Shown in pieces: positions 8,863 through 17,741 of a DNA stretch of 64,000 nucleotides. The stretch spans positions 74,853 to 138,852 of the forward strand of contig CAWGQH010000014.1 in NCBI GenBank assembly GCA_963824735.1, given 5' to 3'. Numbering within the stretch: the first letter of the stretch is position 1; each line of letters starts with the position of its first letter. The translations under genes and the position numbers were made by a program. Source of the stretch: an uncultured Chloroflexia bacterium (GTDB taxonomy: Bacteria > Chloroflexota > Limnocylindria > Limnocylindrales > CSP1-4). The notes below the pieces were generated by a model. That model saw only the letters and a list, made by a program, of their open reading frames with translations. It had not been told where the DNA came from and made no database searches.

Positions 8863-10317
8863 GTGACCCAGCCCAACATCCGGTCTGCCACGCCGGCATC
8901 GCCCCGCATCCGAGCCCGCCGCCTCCCGGCGTCCATCGCCGCGGCACGACCGATCGATGTTGTCGAAGCGTTCGGCGACCTGCCCGGGATCTGCCTGCTC
9001 GAAAGCGCGCGCCCGGGACGCAATGCGCGGTGGACCTACTTCACGGCCGACCCGGTGGCCGTCCTGGAGTCGCCTGCCGCGGGATCGGACCCGTTCGCCG
9101 TAGCGCGCCGCCTCGTCGCCCGGCTCGACGCGTCGCCACTCCCCGCCGAATCCCCGCCGTTCGCCGGCGGGCTCGTCGGCTTCCTCGGGTACGACCTCGG
9201 CCATGCCTTCGAGCGGCTGCCGTCGCTTGCGGTCGACGACCAGGAGCTGCCGCCGCTGCGGCTCGCGCTGCACGACTGGGTCGTGGCGTGGGATCGCCGG
9301 TCGGGGACGGCCTGGCTCTGTGGCCGGGCGCTGGACGGCGACGAGCGCCGGCTGGCCCGTCGCCTCGACGAGGTCCATGCGCGCCTGACCGAGCCGCGAC
9401 GTCCCGTCGTCTCGGCCGACGCCGAACTCGCCGACACGCACACCGACACCGACGAGCCCCTCCGCTTCGTGTCGGGCCTCGACCGGGCCGCCTACGAGGC
9501 GGGCGTCGACGTCATTCGGGCGCGCATCGCCGCCGGCGAGATCTACCAGGCGAACCTCACCCGGCGGCTCGAGACGCCGTTCGACGGCCGGCCGTGGGAA
9601 CGCTACCGCCACCTGCGGACCGGCGACCCGTCGCTCTTCTCGGCGTACCTCGACCTCGGTCCGAGCCCGCTGACCGGGCGGCCCCGTGCGCTGCTGTCCG
9701 CCTCGCCCGAGCCGTTCCTGTCCGTCGATCGGAAGGGCGTCGTGACGACCGACCCGATCAAGGGCACGCGGCCGCGGGGTCGCGATCGGGCGACCGACCG
9801 CGCGCTCGCGTGCGAGCTGCTCGCGAGCGCCAAGGATCGCGCCGAGAACGTGATGATCGTGGACGTCCTGCGCAACGACCTCGGTCGCGTCTGCCGTCCG
9901 GGCAGCGTCCGGGTCCCGCGCCTGTGCCGGCTCGAGCGGACGGTCGCCGTGCAGCACCTCGTGTCGACGGTGACCGGCGTCCTCGCCGACGGCAACGACG
10001 CCTTCGACCTCCTCGCCGCGTCGTTCCCCGGCGGGTCCATCACCGGCGCGCCAAAGATCCGGGCGATGGAGATCCTCGAAGGCCTGGAGCCGGTGCGACG
10101 CGGCCCGTACACGGGCGCGCTCGGCTGGATCGGCCCCGACGGCGCGATGCAGACCTCGATCCTGATCCGGACGTTCGTGGCCGACGGCCGGCGGCTCACG
10201 CTGCACGTCGGGGGCGGCATCACGTGGGGCAGCGAGCCGGCCGCGGAATGGGCCGAGACCGTCGCGAAGGCACGCGGCCCGCTCGAGGCCGTCGGAGGCG
10301 TCGAAGTCCCCGCCTGA
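8863..10317 (+). CDS. pabB: aminodeoxychorismate synthase component I
   Basis: Chorismate-binding family motifs (PGGSITGAPKIRAMEI, GPYTGALGW). GTG 8863 chosen because the upstream part of the 698-aa ORF is antisense to the DmpA gene. Followed by a class IV aminotransferase (pabC). Confidence 0.85.
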   Translation: MTQPNIRSATPASPRIRARRLPASIAAARPIDVVEAFGDLPGICLLESARPGRNARWTYFTADPVAVLESPAAGSDPFAVARRLVARLDASPLPAESPPFAGGLVGFLGYDLGHAFERLPSLAVDDQELPPLRLALHDWVVAWDRRSGTAWLCGRALDGDERRLARRLDEVHARLTEPRRPVVSADAELADTHTDTDEPLRFVSGLDRAAYEAGVDVIRARIAAGEIYQANLTRRLETPFDGRPWERYRHLRTGDPSLFSAYLDLGPSPLTGRPRALLSASPEPFLSVDRKGVVTTDPIKGTRPRGRDRATDRALACELLASAKDRAENVMIVDVLRNDLGRVCRPGSVRVPRLCRLERTVAVQHLVSTVTGVLADGNDAFDLLAASFPGGSITGAPKIRAMEILEGLEPVRRGPYTGALGWIGPDGAMQTSILIRTFVADGRRLTLHVGGGITWGSEPAAEWAETVAKARGPLEAVGGVEVPA

Positions 10318-10340
10318 GGCCGCGACCCTATCATCGAGTG

Positions 10341-11246
10341 ATGCAGCCAGGACATGTGTGGGTTGACGGCGAGGTGCTGCCCGGCGACGGGCCACATCTG
10401 TCCGTCTTCGATCGAGGCTTCCAGCTCGGCGATGCCGTGTTCGAGACGCTCCGCGCGCGGGCCGGCCGCGTGACCGAGCTCGACGAGCACGTCGCGCGGC
10501 TCAGGCGCTCCGCCAACGGGCTGGGGATCGAGCTGCCGGCCGACATCGCGGATCGTGTGGCGCGCGGGATCCGTGACCTCCTGGCCGCCGACGCGCTCGA
10601 CAAGCCCGATGGCGATGCCTCGATCCGGATCACGGTGTCCCGCGGGGTCTACCACGGACGCGGCCTCCTGCCACCCGAGGTGCGCACGGCACCGACGATC
10701 GCGATCCAGGCGTGGCCGGTCGTGCCGCCGCCGGCGGGCCATCTCGAGCAGGGAATTCATCTCGCGTCCTCGTCGGTCCGCCGCGATCCGCAGAACCCGC
10801 TGGCCATGCTCAAGACGACGTCCCGTGCCGACTACGTCTACGCTCGACTCGAGGCGCGGCGCGCCGGCGCTGACGACGCGCTGTTCCTGACGATCGACGG
10901 GCTCCTCTCCGAGGCGACCAGCGCCAACATCTTCCTCGTCCGTCACGCCCCGAACGGCGAGGCCGAGCTGGCAACGCCGGCGCTCGATTGCGCGATCCTG
11001 CCCGGCACCACGCGCTCGTGGCTGCTCGGCTGGGCCGAGCGGGTGGGCCTCCGGCCGGTGGAGGCGTGGCTGACGCCGCGCGACCTGGCTGCCGCCGACG
11101 AGGCGTTCGTGTCGTCGAGCGTGGCCGGGATCCTGCCGGTGACGCGCTTCGACGGACGTGAGATCGGCAGCGGACGGCCCGGACCGTGGACCCGCCGCGC
11201 CCGCGAGGACCGCGAGGCCTTCATTCGCGACGGGGTGCCGGCATGA
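10341..11246 (+). CDS. pabC: aminodeoxychorismate lyase / class IV aminotransferase
   Basis: ATG 10341. N-terminus VFDRGFQLGDAVFETLRA is typical of the fold-type IV PLP family. Lies immediately downstream of pabB. Confidence 0.8.
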   Translation: MQPGHVWVDGEVLPGDGPHLSVFDRGFQLGDAVFETLRARAGRVTELDEHVARLRRSANGLGIELPADIADRVARGIRDLLAADALDKPDGDASIRITVSRGVYHGRGLLPPEVRTAPTIAIQAWPVVPPPAGHLEQGIHLASSSVRRDPQNPLAMLKTTSRADYVYARLEARRAGADDALFLTIDGLLSEATSANIFLVRHAPNGEAELATPALDCAILPGTTRSWLLGWAERVGLRPVEAWLTPRDLAAADEAFVSSSVAGILPVTRFDGREIGSGRPGPWTRRAREDREAFIRDGVPA

Positions 11247-11737
11247 CCCGCGACGAGCTCATCGCCCGGACCCGGCAGTTGATCGACGAGGGTGACCGGC
11301 TGGCGGCCGACCCGTCCCTCGGCGCCCTCCAGGTCTGGCTGCAGCTGTCCGACGACCTGCTGTCGACGGCGTGGGGGAGCATGGACCGCTACCACCTCGC
11401 GTGGCTGCTCGTCGGGAAGCCGAAGGGCACGATCCGGGGTCGCGAGATGACCGCCGAGGAGGAGGCGGCCTACGTCCGTGAGGTCGCGGAGCAGAAGACG
11501 GCCGCGCTGCGCATGAGCCTCGACGCGGTGGAGCGGCAGGGCATGCCGTTCCTCGGCGAGACCGGCGGCGTGGGACACGGCCCGGCCGCCGCGACGACCA
11601 CCGGGCCGCCCGTCAGGCCGGAGCTGCCCCAGGACCCGTCGCTCGCCGAGCGCCTGGCCGACGCCCGCCGCCAGGCCGAAGAGCACCTCGACCACGATGC
11701 GCCGCGCGCCCCACGTCCCGAGCGCATGCAGCGGTGA
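11243..11737 (+). CDS. hypothetical protein (translationally coupled to pabC)
   Basis: ATG 11243 overlaps the pabC stop (ATGA). Coding-like composition; no recognised domain. Confidence 0.55.
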   Translation: MTRDELIARTRQLIDEGDRLAADPSLGALQVWLQLSDDLLSTAWGSMDRYHLAWLLVGKPKGTIRGREMTAEEEAAYVREVAEQKTAALRMSLDAVERQGMPFLGETGGVGHGPAAATTTGPPVRPELPQDPSLAERLADARRQAEEHLDHDAPRAPRPERMQR

Positions 11738-13014
11738 CGGCGGAACGGCGCGTCCCGGCGGTCGGCGGAACGCGGACGGTCCCCGAGCCGGATCCGATCG
11801 CGAGTGACTATCTGCTCCTCGGCCTGCGCCTCGACCAGCACGTCCCTGGCCTGATCGACGCGTACTACGGCCCTGCGTCGCTCAAGGCGCAGGTCGAGCT
11901 CGAACCGAAGCGCTCGCCGGCGGCGCTGCGTGACGATGCCGCATCGCTTCGCGCGCGCGTGGCCGAGGAGATCGACGCCCCCGATCGGCGGACGTGGCTC
12001 ACGGCACAGCTCGTGGCGCTCGAAGCGCAGGCCGGCACGCTCGCCGGCGATCCGCTTCCGTACGTCGAGCACGTCGCCCGGGCATTCGACTTCACCCCCC
12101 AGCGCATTCCTGACGAGGCGCTCGAGGCCGCCGCTCAACGGATTGACGAGCTGCTCCCCGGCGACCAGGACCTGATCTCCCGCATCGACGCCTGGGACGC
12201 GAGCCTGGAGATCCCCGAGGATCGCAGGTCCGCGGTCATGGACTGGCTGCTGGACCGGTTCCAGGCCCGCTCCGCCGAGCTGTTCGGCCTCCCGCCGGGC
12301 GAACGCCTGCACGTCTCCTTCGTGCGCAACCAGCCGTGGTCCGCCTACAACTGGTACGACGGCGGGCTCCGGTCGCGGGTCGACGTCAACACGGATCTTC
12401 CGACGCACCTGCCGGGGTTTGCCCATACCGTCGCCCACGAGGCGTATCCGGGACACCACCTCGAGCACGCCTGGAAGGAAGCCGACCTCGTCGAACGCGG
12501 CCGGGTCGAGTGCAGCCTGCTGCTGATCAACACGCCCGAATGCTTCATCAGCGAGGGTCTTGCCGACCTGGGGTTCGAGTTCGCCTCGCCGCCTGCGGAG
12601 CGCCCGGCCCTGCTCGACGAGGTGTTCGAGCTGGCGGGGATCCCGCAGGGTGCCGGCGCGGAGCGACGCCGGGAGGTGGCCGCGCGGGCGGCCGCACTGA
12701 TGGGACCGCGAGAGACGTTGCGGACGTCACGCGTCAACGCGGCGCTGATGCTCCACGCCGATGGTGCTCCGCGAGCGGAGGTTCTGGACTACCTGGCGTC
12801 CGCCGGCCGCTATCCGCGGGCCATCGCGGAGAAACGGCTCGAGTTTCTCGAGCACCCCCTGTGGCGGACGTACATCTTCGTCTACAGCGAGGGTGAGGCA
12901 CTCCTGCGGCGCTGGGTGGACTCGGTTCCGGAACGGGATCGCCCCGGGCGCTTCGCCCGTCTCCTCCACGAGCAACTGACGCCCGGGACGATCCGCTCCG
13001 ACCTTCGGGACTAG
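11734..13014 (+). CDS. DUF885-like putative metallopeptidase-fold protein
   Basis: GTG 11734 overlaps the preceding stop (GTGA). Motif HTVAHEAYPGHHLEH resembles the HExxPGHH signature of the DUF885 family. Confidence 0.7.
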   Translation: MTAERRVPAVGGTRTVPEPDPIASDYLLLGLRLDQHVPGLIDAYYGPASLKAQVELEPKRSPAALRDDAASLRARVAEEIDAPDRRTWLTAQLVALEAQAGTLAGDPLPYVEHVARAFDFTPQRIPDEALEAAAQRIDELLPGDQDLISRIDAWDASLEIPEDRRSAVMDWLLDRFQARSAELFGLPPGERLHVSFVRNQPWSAYNWYDGGLRSRVDVNTDLPTHLPGFAHTVAHEAYPGHHLEHAWKEADLVERGRVECSLLLINTPECFISEGLADLGFEFASPPAERPALLDEVFELAGIPQGAGAERRREVAARAAALMGPRETLRTSRVNAALMLHADGAPRAEVLDYLASAGRYPRAIAEKRLEFLEHPLWRTYIFVYSEGEALLRRWVDSVPERDRPGRFARLLHEQLTPGTIRSDLRD

Positions 13015-13778
13015 GTCGTCACGGGCTTCCCGCTGGGGGCCGCGTCGTCCTCGACGGCCACCGGCTCGCGGCGCTGCCCGAGCCACGCCATCGCGAAGCC
13101 TGCCAGCGCCCCGCCGAGCACCGCCAGCGCCACCACGCCGAGCACAGGGATCTCGTTCGGTGCCGAAGCCGCCGCGCCCGAGGCCAGCTCGTCGCGTTGC
13201 TGCGTCAGCGTCTCAACCTCGGCCCGCAGGGTCGTCGCCTGCTCCTCGAGCCCACCGAGGTCGCGTTCGAGCCGATCGATCCGCGGGAGCAGCTCGTTGC
13301 GCAGCGAAGCCGCCACGTCGGTCTTGGCGCGTTCGATCGCCGCGAAACCCGCCGTCATCTCCATGACCGGAGCCGAGCCGTCGGCTTCGAGCACGATCCC
13401 GGTGACGGGCTGCGTCTCGACCATCAGGTCGCGCAACTGGACGCCATAGCTCCAGCTGCCCGCGCTGGGGAACGCGAACCGCGCCACGAAGTGGCCGGCG
13501 GGGCCGCTCGGCTCGGCCGGTACGTCGAACGTCTCGCCGGTGATGGTGTTGGTGAGGCGCAGGGTTGGATCCTCGAAGCCGGCCGGCGTCTCGCCGTGCT
13601 GGAGGACCGTGAAGCCGTACTCGATGTCCTCGCCGGCGCGCGGCTCGGGCGGGGAGGCGTCGTCGGCGGCGATCGTGGCCCAGCCGCCGGCCAGCACCGC
13701 GGTCGCACCGAGCGTCAGGAGCAGGGTCGCGGCAGCAGCCGCGCGCAGGATCCGGGTCGTCATGGTGGTGTCCTCCAA
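13011..13778 (-). CDS. secreted, C-terminally membrane-anchored protein with a coiled-coil segment
   Basis: Signal peptide AAAATLLLTLGATAVLAGG; beta-rich domain; heptad-like RIDRLERDLGGLEEQATTLRAEVETLTQQRDEL; C-terminal TM VLGVVALAVLGGALAGFAMAWL. Confidence 0.7.
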   Translation of the reverse strand: MEDTTMTTRILRAAAAATLLLTLGATAVLAGGWATIAADDASPPEPRAGEDIEYGFTVLQHGETPAGFEDPTLRLTNTITGETFDVPAEPSGPAGHFVARFAFPSAGSWSYGVQLRDLMVETQPVTGIVLEADGSAPVMEMTAGFAAIERAKTDVAASLRNELLPRIDRLERDLGGLEEQATTLRAEVETLTQQRDELASGAAASAPNEIPVLGVVALAVLGGALAGFAMAWLGQRREPVAVEDDAAPSGKPVTT

Positions 13779-13831
13779 TCGAGCGTCGACGGACCAACTA
13801 CACCGCGACGGCCGCGGCGGTTCCCGGAGGG

Positions 13832-14335
13832 CTAGGCGCGCTGGCCATCCAGGACGCGGATGAGCAGGACGCGGTCCTCGCCGTCACCGTCGTAGTGGGG
13901 GTGGGCGGGGACGCCGTAGATCGGCTTGGTGCCCGGTCCGTCATCGGCCCGGAACCCGAGGTGCCGATGGAAATCGATCGACACGCGATTGCCGGCCCAC
14001 GTGATCGCATGGACCTCGCGGGCCCCGGCCGCCCGCGCATCGCTGAAGAACTGCTCGTACAGCGCCCGGCCGATCCCGCGTCGCCGGTGGTTCGGGTTCG
14101 TCGCGACCATGTGCGCGTACGCGATCTCGGGATGGTCCGGGCTGATGAACCCCACGAGGAACCCGGCCAGCTGGCCGCGCTCGTCCTCGGCGATCCACGA
14201 GGTGCCGCTGAAGTGGCCGAACCAGAGGCGCGGCAGCAGCGCCCGCATCCTGCGGCCGCCCCACCACTCGTCCACGAGGTCGACGACCTGCGCATGGTCG
14301 GCTTCGGTGGGCCGACGGAACTGGAGCGCGCTCAT
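13832..14335 (-). CDS. GNAT family N-acetyltransferase
   Basis: ATG 14335. Acetyl-CoA motif HRRRGIGRALY. The upstream part of the listed 398-aa ORF overlaps the next gene out of frame. Confidence 0.85.
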   Translation of the reverse strand: MSALQFRRPTEADHAQVVDLVDEWWGGRRMRALLPRLWFGHFSGTSWIAEDERGQLAGFLVGFISPDHPEIAYAHMVATNPNHRRRGIGRALYEQFFSDARAAGAREVHAITWAGNRVSIDFHRHLGFRADDGPGTKPIYGVPAHPHYDGDGEDRVLLIRVLDGQRA

Positions 14336-14844
14336 CGGGCGGCCAGCCACGCGGCCGCGGTCGCGAACAGGAACTGGAGCGGGACGAGCAACTCGAACGT
14401 CTCCGCGAGGTAGTCGACCGGGCCGAGCACGCCGCCCTCGTACCGGGCGAACAGCCACAGCCCGAGCTGCCCGGCGAGGACGGCGGCGGCAGCGAGCCCG
14501 ACCGCCAGCGCGCGTCGCCGCGACGGCGCCACTGCGTCGAGCCCTCCGGCCCGCACGGCGACGGCGATCGCCCAACCGCCGAGGCCGGCGACCGCGATCA
14601 GTCCGGCCGTGATCAACAGGATCCCGCCGAGCACCGTGATCGCCGCGGCGAGGACCAACCCCGTCAACGCACCGAAGGCGATCGCGCGCCCGAGCGACCC
14701 GCGGGCTTCCGCCTGATCGCCGTCGACCGCCGATGCCGCCGGCGCCGCGGTGCGATAGCGGTCCGAGGGAGGCCGTGCCAGGCGGCGCTCGCCGCCGTCC
14801 TGGCGCTCGGGTGCGGTTCCGCCCGGGGTCGTCATCCGAGGCAT
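14332..14844 (-). CDS. membrane protein (4 predicted TM helices)
   Basis: Its stop overlaps the GNAT start (ATGA at 14332-14335). Hydrophobic Ala/Gly/Leu-rich helices. Confidence 0.65.
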   Translation of the reverse strand: MPRMTTPGGTAPERQDGGERRLARPPSDRYRTAAPAASAVDGDQAEARGSLGRAIAFGALTGLVLAAAITVLGGILLITAGLIAVAGLGGWAIAVAVRAGGLDAVAPSRRRALAVGLAAAAVLAGQLGLWLFARYEGGVLGPVDYLAETFELLVPLQFLFATAAAWLAAR

Positions 14845-14891
14845 CGTACGCGTGCTGCTCCTGGCCCACGATCCCGGCTACACTCGCGGTC

Positions 14892-15374
14892 GTGAGCCAT
14901 CCAAGCCTCGGTCGCCAACCGCCCGACCTGACCGCCGGCTTCCCCGACGCGGCCGAACGCCTCCGGACGTCCGGCGGGCGCATCGCCGCACGGGCGCTCG
15001 ACATCGCGCTGGCGGATCGGAAGGGCATGCGCGAACGCTACGACGAGCTCGGCCTGCGCAGGCTGCTGCGCGACGCCGAGCTGCTGGTCGATCGCCTGGC
15101 CCTGTCCGTCGCCGCGAACGACGCGTACTTCCTGCGCGAGTACGCGGTCTGGACGGACATCGTCTACCGCCGCCGGCGCGTCCCGATGGATGACCTCGTC
15201 GCGTTGTGCGAGGGGATCCGCACCGCGTCGGCGAGCGTGCTGTCGACGGCGGAGCAGGCGGCCGCGAACAAGGCGCTCGACGAGGCCATCGAGGTCTACC
15301 GCTGGTCGCGCCGCCTCGCCGGCGACGCGCGCAAGAAGAACGCGTTCCTGCAGTTCCTCTACAAGGGCGGCTGA
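14892..15374 (+). CDS. hypothetical helical protein
   Basis: GTG 14892 in the frame of the listed 213-aa ORF. Coding-like; no recognised domain; ends ...FLQFLYKGG. Confidence 0.55.
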   Translation: MSHPSLGRQPPDLTAGFPDAAERLRTSGGRIAARALDIALADRKGMRERYDELGLRRLLRDAELLVDRLALSVAANDAYFLREYAVWTDIVYRRRRVPMDDLVALCEGIRTASASVLSTAEQAAANKALDEAIEVYRWSRRLAGDARKKNAFLQFLYKGG

Positions 15375-15376
15375 GC

Positions 15377-15631
15377 GTGACGATCAAGTGGGTCAAGGTG
15401 GATCCGCTCGTCATGAACGGCGAGCCGTTCTGCTACGGCTCGCGCCTCACGGTGCGCCAGCTGCTGGAGCTGCGCTCGAACGGCTACGGCCTGACGGAGC
15501 TGCTCAAGGACCACCCGGAACTGCGCGTCGTCGGGATCGCGGCCGCCTTCACGTTCGCTGCCAACCACCCGGAGCGCTACGCGGAATTCATCGAGGCCGA
15601 CGGATCGCTGGCCGGCCCCGGCTACAGCTGA
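15377..15631 (+). CDS. DUF433 domain protein
   Basis: GTG 15377. VDPLVMNGEPFCYGSRLTVRQLLEL...DHPELRVVGIAAAFTFA matches the DUF433 pattern (dP.i..G.P...GtRi.V..il). Confidence 0.8.
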   Translation: MTIKWVKVDPLVMNGEPFCYGSRLTVRQLLELRSNGYGLTELLKDHPELRVVGIAAAFTFAANHPERYAEFIEADGSLAGPGYS

Positions 15632-15765
15632 GGTGGAGGCCGCGCGCCTGCCCGAGCAGTACCGCCTGCCGGGGATCGTGATCAAGCCGCGCGTACCGGC
15701 GGCCACCTGATCAAATCCGAGTCCGGCGCAAGGGTTTCCGGCCGTTCGGTGCTACCCTCAGCGAC

Positions 15766-16098
15766 ATGACCGATCAGCAGACGACCACCGCCGACGCCGC
15801 CCCGCCCGCCTTCGACACTGAGCGACGGGCCACGGAGCTGGCGATCCTCGACGCCCTCCGTTCGGTCGTCGACCCGGAGATCGGGATGAACGTCGTCGAG
15901 CTGGCCCTGATCAAGCAGATCATCCTCGGGACGGACGAGACCGAGATCAAGATGATCCTGACCACGCCGTTCTGCCCGTATGCCGGGTCGATGATCGCCC
16001 AGGTCAAGGAGCAGGTCGAGTCGGTCGTCGAGCACGACGTCAAGGTGACCCTGCTGGCCGAGCGCTGGGATCCGCGCGACGCCGGCCTCATGTGGTGA
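15766..16098 (+). CDS. DUF59/MIP18 family Fe-S cluster assembly protein (SufT-like)
   Basis: 110 aa. DALRSVVDPEIGMNVVELALI...TTPFCPYAG motif. Confidence 0.85.
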   Translation: MTDQQTTTADAAPPAFDTERRATELAILDALRSVVDPEIGMNVVELALIKQIILGTDETEIKMILTTPFCPYAGSMIAQVKEQVESVVEHDVKVTLLAERWDPRDAGLMW

Positions 16099-16105
16099 GC
16101 GCCCG

Positions 16106-16763
16106 GTGACCGACGCGTCGCGGCGCGCGAGTCCCGGCTTCGACTCGGCCGTCGCGACCGGCAAGGGCGACGACGGCACGACCGGCCTCCTCTACGGCGG
16201 GGAGCGGATCGCCAAGGACGACCCGCGGGCCGAGGCCTACGGCACGATCGACGAGGCCGTGGCCGCCCTCGGGCTCGCCCGCGCCGAGCTTGGCCTCAAG
16301 CAGGAGCTCGACGTGGTGCCGCCGGGGCTGGCCGGGATCGCCGACCTCGTCCTGCGCCTCCAGCGCGAGCTGTTCGTCGTCGGTGCAGAGCTCGCCACAA
16401 ACCCACAGGCATGGGACCGCCTGCAGGACGGCACGACGCGGGTCTCGGCGGACATGGTCGAGGGGATCGACGCGCTCCTGCGGGACCTCGAAGCACACGT
16501 CGAGATGCCGCGCGAGTTCATCGTCCCGGGCGAGTCGCGCACCAGCGCGGCCATCGAGCTCGCGCGGACCATCCTCCGCCGCGCGGAGCGGCGCGCCGTG
16601 GCGCTCAGGCGCGACGGCATTGGTTCCGGGACCCCATCTGGTACCGTATCTGAACCGGCTCGCCGATCTGCTGTGGGTCCTTGCCAGGGCCGTCGAGCAG
16701 GCAGAGTCCCGGCGAGCGCCGCCCTCACGACCGGTGAAGCGGCGCAACTCGGAGGAGAACTAG
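16106..16763 (+). pseudogene. PduO-type ATP:cob(I)alamin adenosyltransferase, frame-shifted in this sequence
   Basis: The N-terminal ~170 aa (TGKGDDGTTGL...RELFVVGAELA...RRAERRAVAL) read in the frame of ORF 16106. The conserved C-terminus HLVPYLNRLADLLWVLARAVE reads in the frame of ORF 16290..16763. The switch lies between about 16610 and 16640. The corrected stop at 16763 removes a 46-nt overlap with the next gene. Confidence 0.8.
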
Positions 16764-16770
16764 GAACACG

Positions 16771-17526
16771 ATGGGCCCGAACCAGAATCCCCTGGTCCCG
16801 AACCAGAACCCGTTGACCCCGAACCAGAGTCCCTACGCCACGCCATCGACGCCGTCGAACCTCGGCGTGCGTCCGGCCGCCCAGCTCTCGGCAGCGTTCC
16901 TCACCCAGGCATTTGCCTGGATGTTCGTCGGACTGCTGCTGACCGCCGGCGTCGCCTATGTCGTCCAGAGCAACCCGCGCCTGCTCGAGTTCGCCGGCGA
17001 GTGGACGTTCCTGCTGATCATCGCCCAGCTCGGCCTGGTCTTCGCGATCGCGGGGGCCATCAGCCGGATCAGTGCCACGGTCGCCCTCGGCCTGTTCTTC
17101 GTGTACGCCGCTTCGGTCGGCCTGACGATCGGGCTGATCGTCAGCTACTACACGACGGCCTCGGTCGCCACGGCATTCCTGTCCGCGTCGGCCATGTTCG
17201 GAGCGGCCGCCATCTACGGAGCCGTGACCAAGCGCTCGCTGGCCGGGCTCGGCGGGATCCTGTTCATGGGCCTGATCGGGCTCATCGTCGCCTCGGTGAT
17301 CAACATCTTCATCGGCGGCGAGCAGCTCAGCTTCATCATCTCGCTCGTCGGCGTCGTGCTCTTCACGGCACTCACGGCGTACGACGTCCAGCGCATCCAG
17401 CGGGGCGACATCGCAGCCGGTGTCGGGTCGATGGAGAAGGCCGCGGTCATCGGCGCGCTCTCCCTGTACCTCGACTTCATCAACCTGTTCCTGTTCTTCC
17501 TTCGCCTCTTCGGCTCGCGCGACTAG
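16771..17526 (+). CDS. Bax inhibitor-1/YccA family membrane protein
   Basis: 251 aa with 7 TM helices. C-terminal ...LSLYLDFINLFLFFLRLFG is typical of BI-1/UPF0005. Confidence 0.9.
   Translation: MGPNQNPLVPNQNPLTPNQSPYATPSTPSNLGVRPAAQLSAAFLTQAFAWMFVGLLLTAGVAYVVQSNPRLLEFAGEWTFLLIIAQLGLVFAIAGAISRISATVALGLFFVYAASVGLTIGLIVSYYTTASVATAFLSASAMFGAAAIYGAVTKRSLAGLGGILFMGLIGLIVASVINIFIGGEQLSFIISLVGVVLFTALTAYDVQRIQRGDIAAGVGSMEKAAVIGALSLYLDFINLFLFFLRLFGSRD
16777..16839 (+). repeat. three tandem 21-bp coding repeats (PNQNPLV / PNQNPLT / PNQSPYA) at the 5' end of the BI-1 gene
   Basis: Direct reading: CCGAACCAGAATCCCCTGGTC, CCGAACCAGAACCCGTTGACC, CCGAACCAGAGTCCCTACGCC. Confidence 0.8.
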
Positions 17527-17550
17527 CGCGGACCTGTTCCCGCGAACCCG

Positions 17551-17580
17551 ACGGCGGCCCTCCGGGGCCGCCGTTCTGCA
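17551..17580 (+). terminator. putative intrinsic terminator after the BI-1 gene
   Basis: ACGGCGGCCC 17551-17560, loop TCCG, GGGCCGCCGT 17565-17574, followed by TCTGCATT (weak T tract). Confidence 0.55.
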
Positions 17581-17741
17581 TTCCCGACGGTGTAACAGTC
17601 CGAGGGGCCGTGCGTCATCCGAATGGATGAAGCGGCACGCGTCGTTGCATGGCACAGTTCGCGCGGGGACAACCACCGGAGCCGGCGCGCCGTCACATCG
17701 TTCGCGCTGCCGCACCGCACCTATCACTGGAGGAAGGCGAG

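Noticed and set aside
14892-15374. A ubiquitin-like carrier, suggested by the C-terminal Gly-Gly (…FLYKGG).
   Set aside because: The protein is about 160 aa and predicted to be all-helical, not a beta-grasp fold. No E1 or JAMM partner is adjacent, so the terminal GG is probably coincidental.
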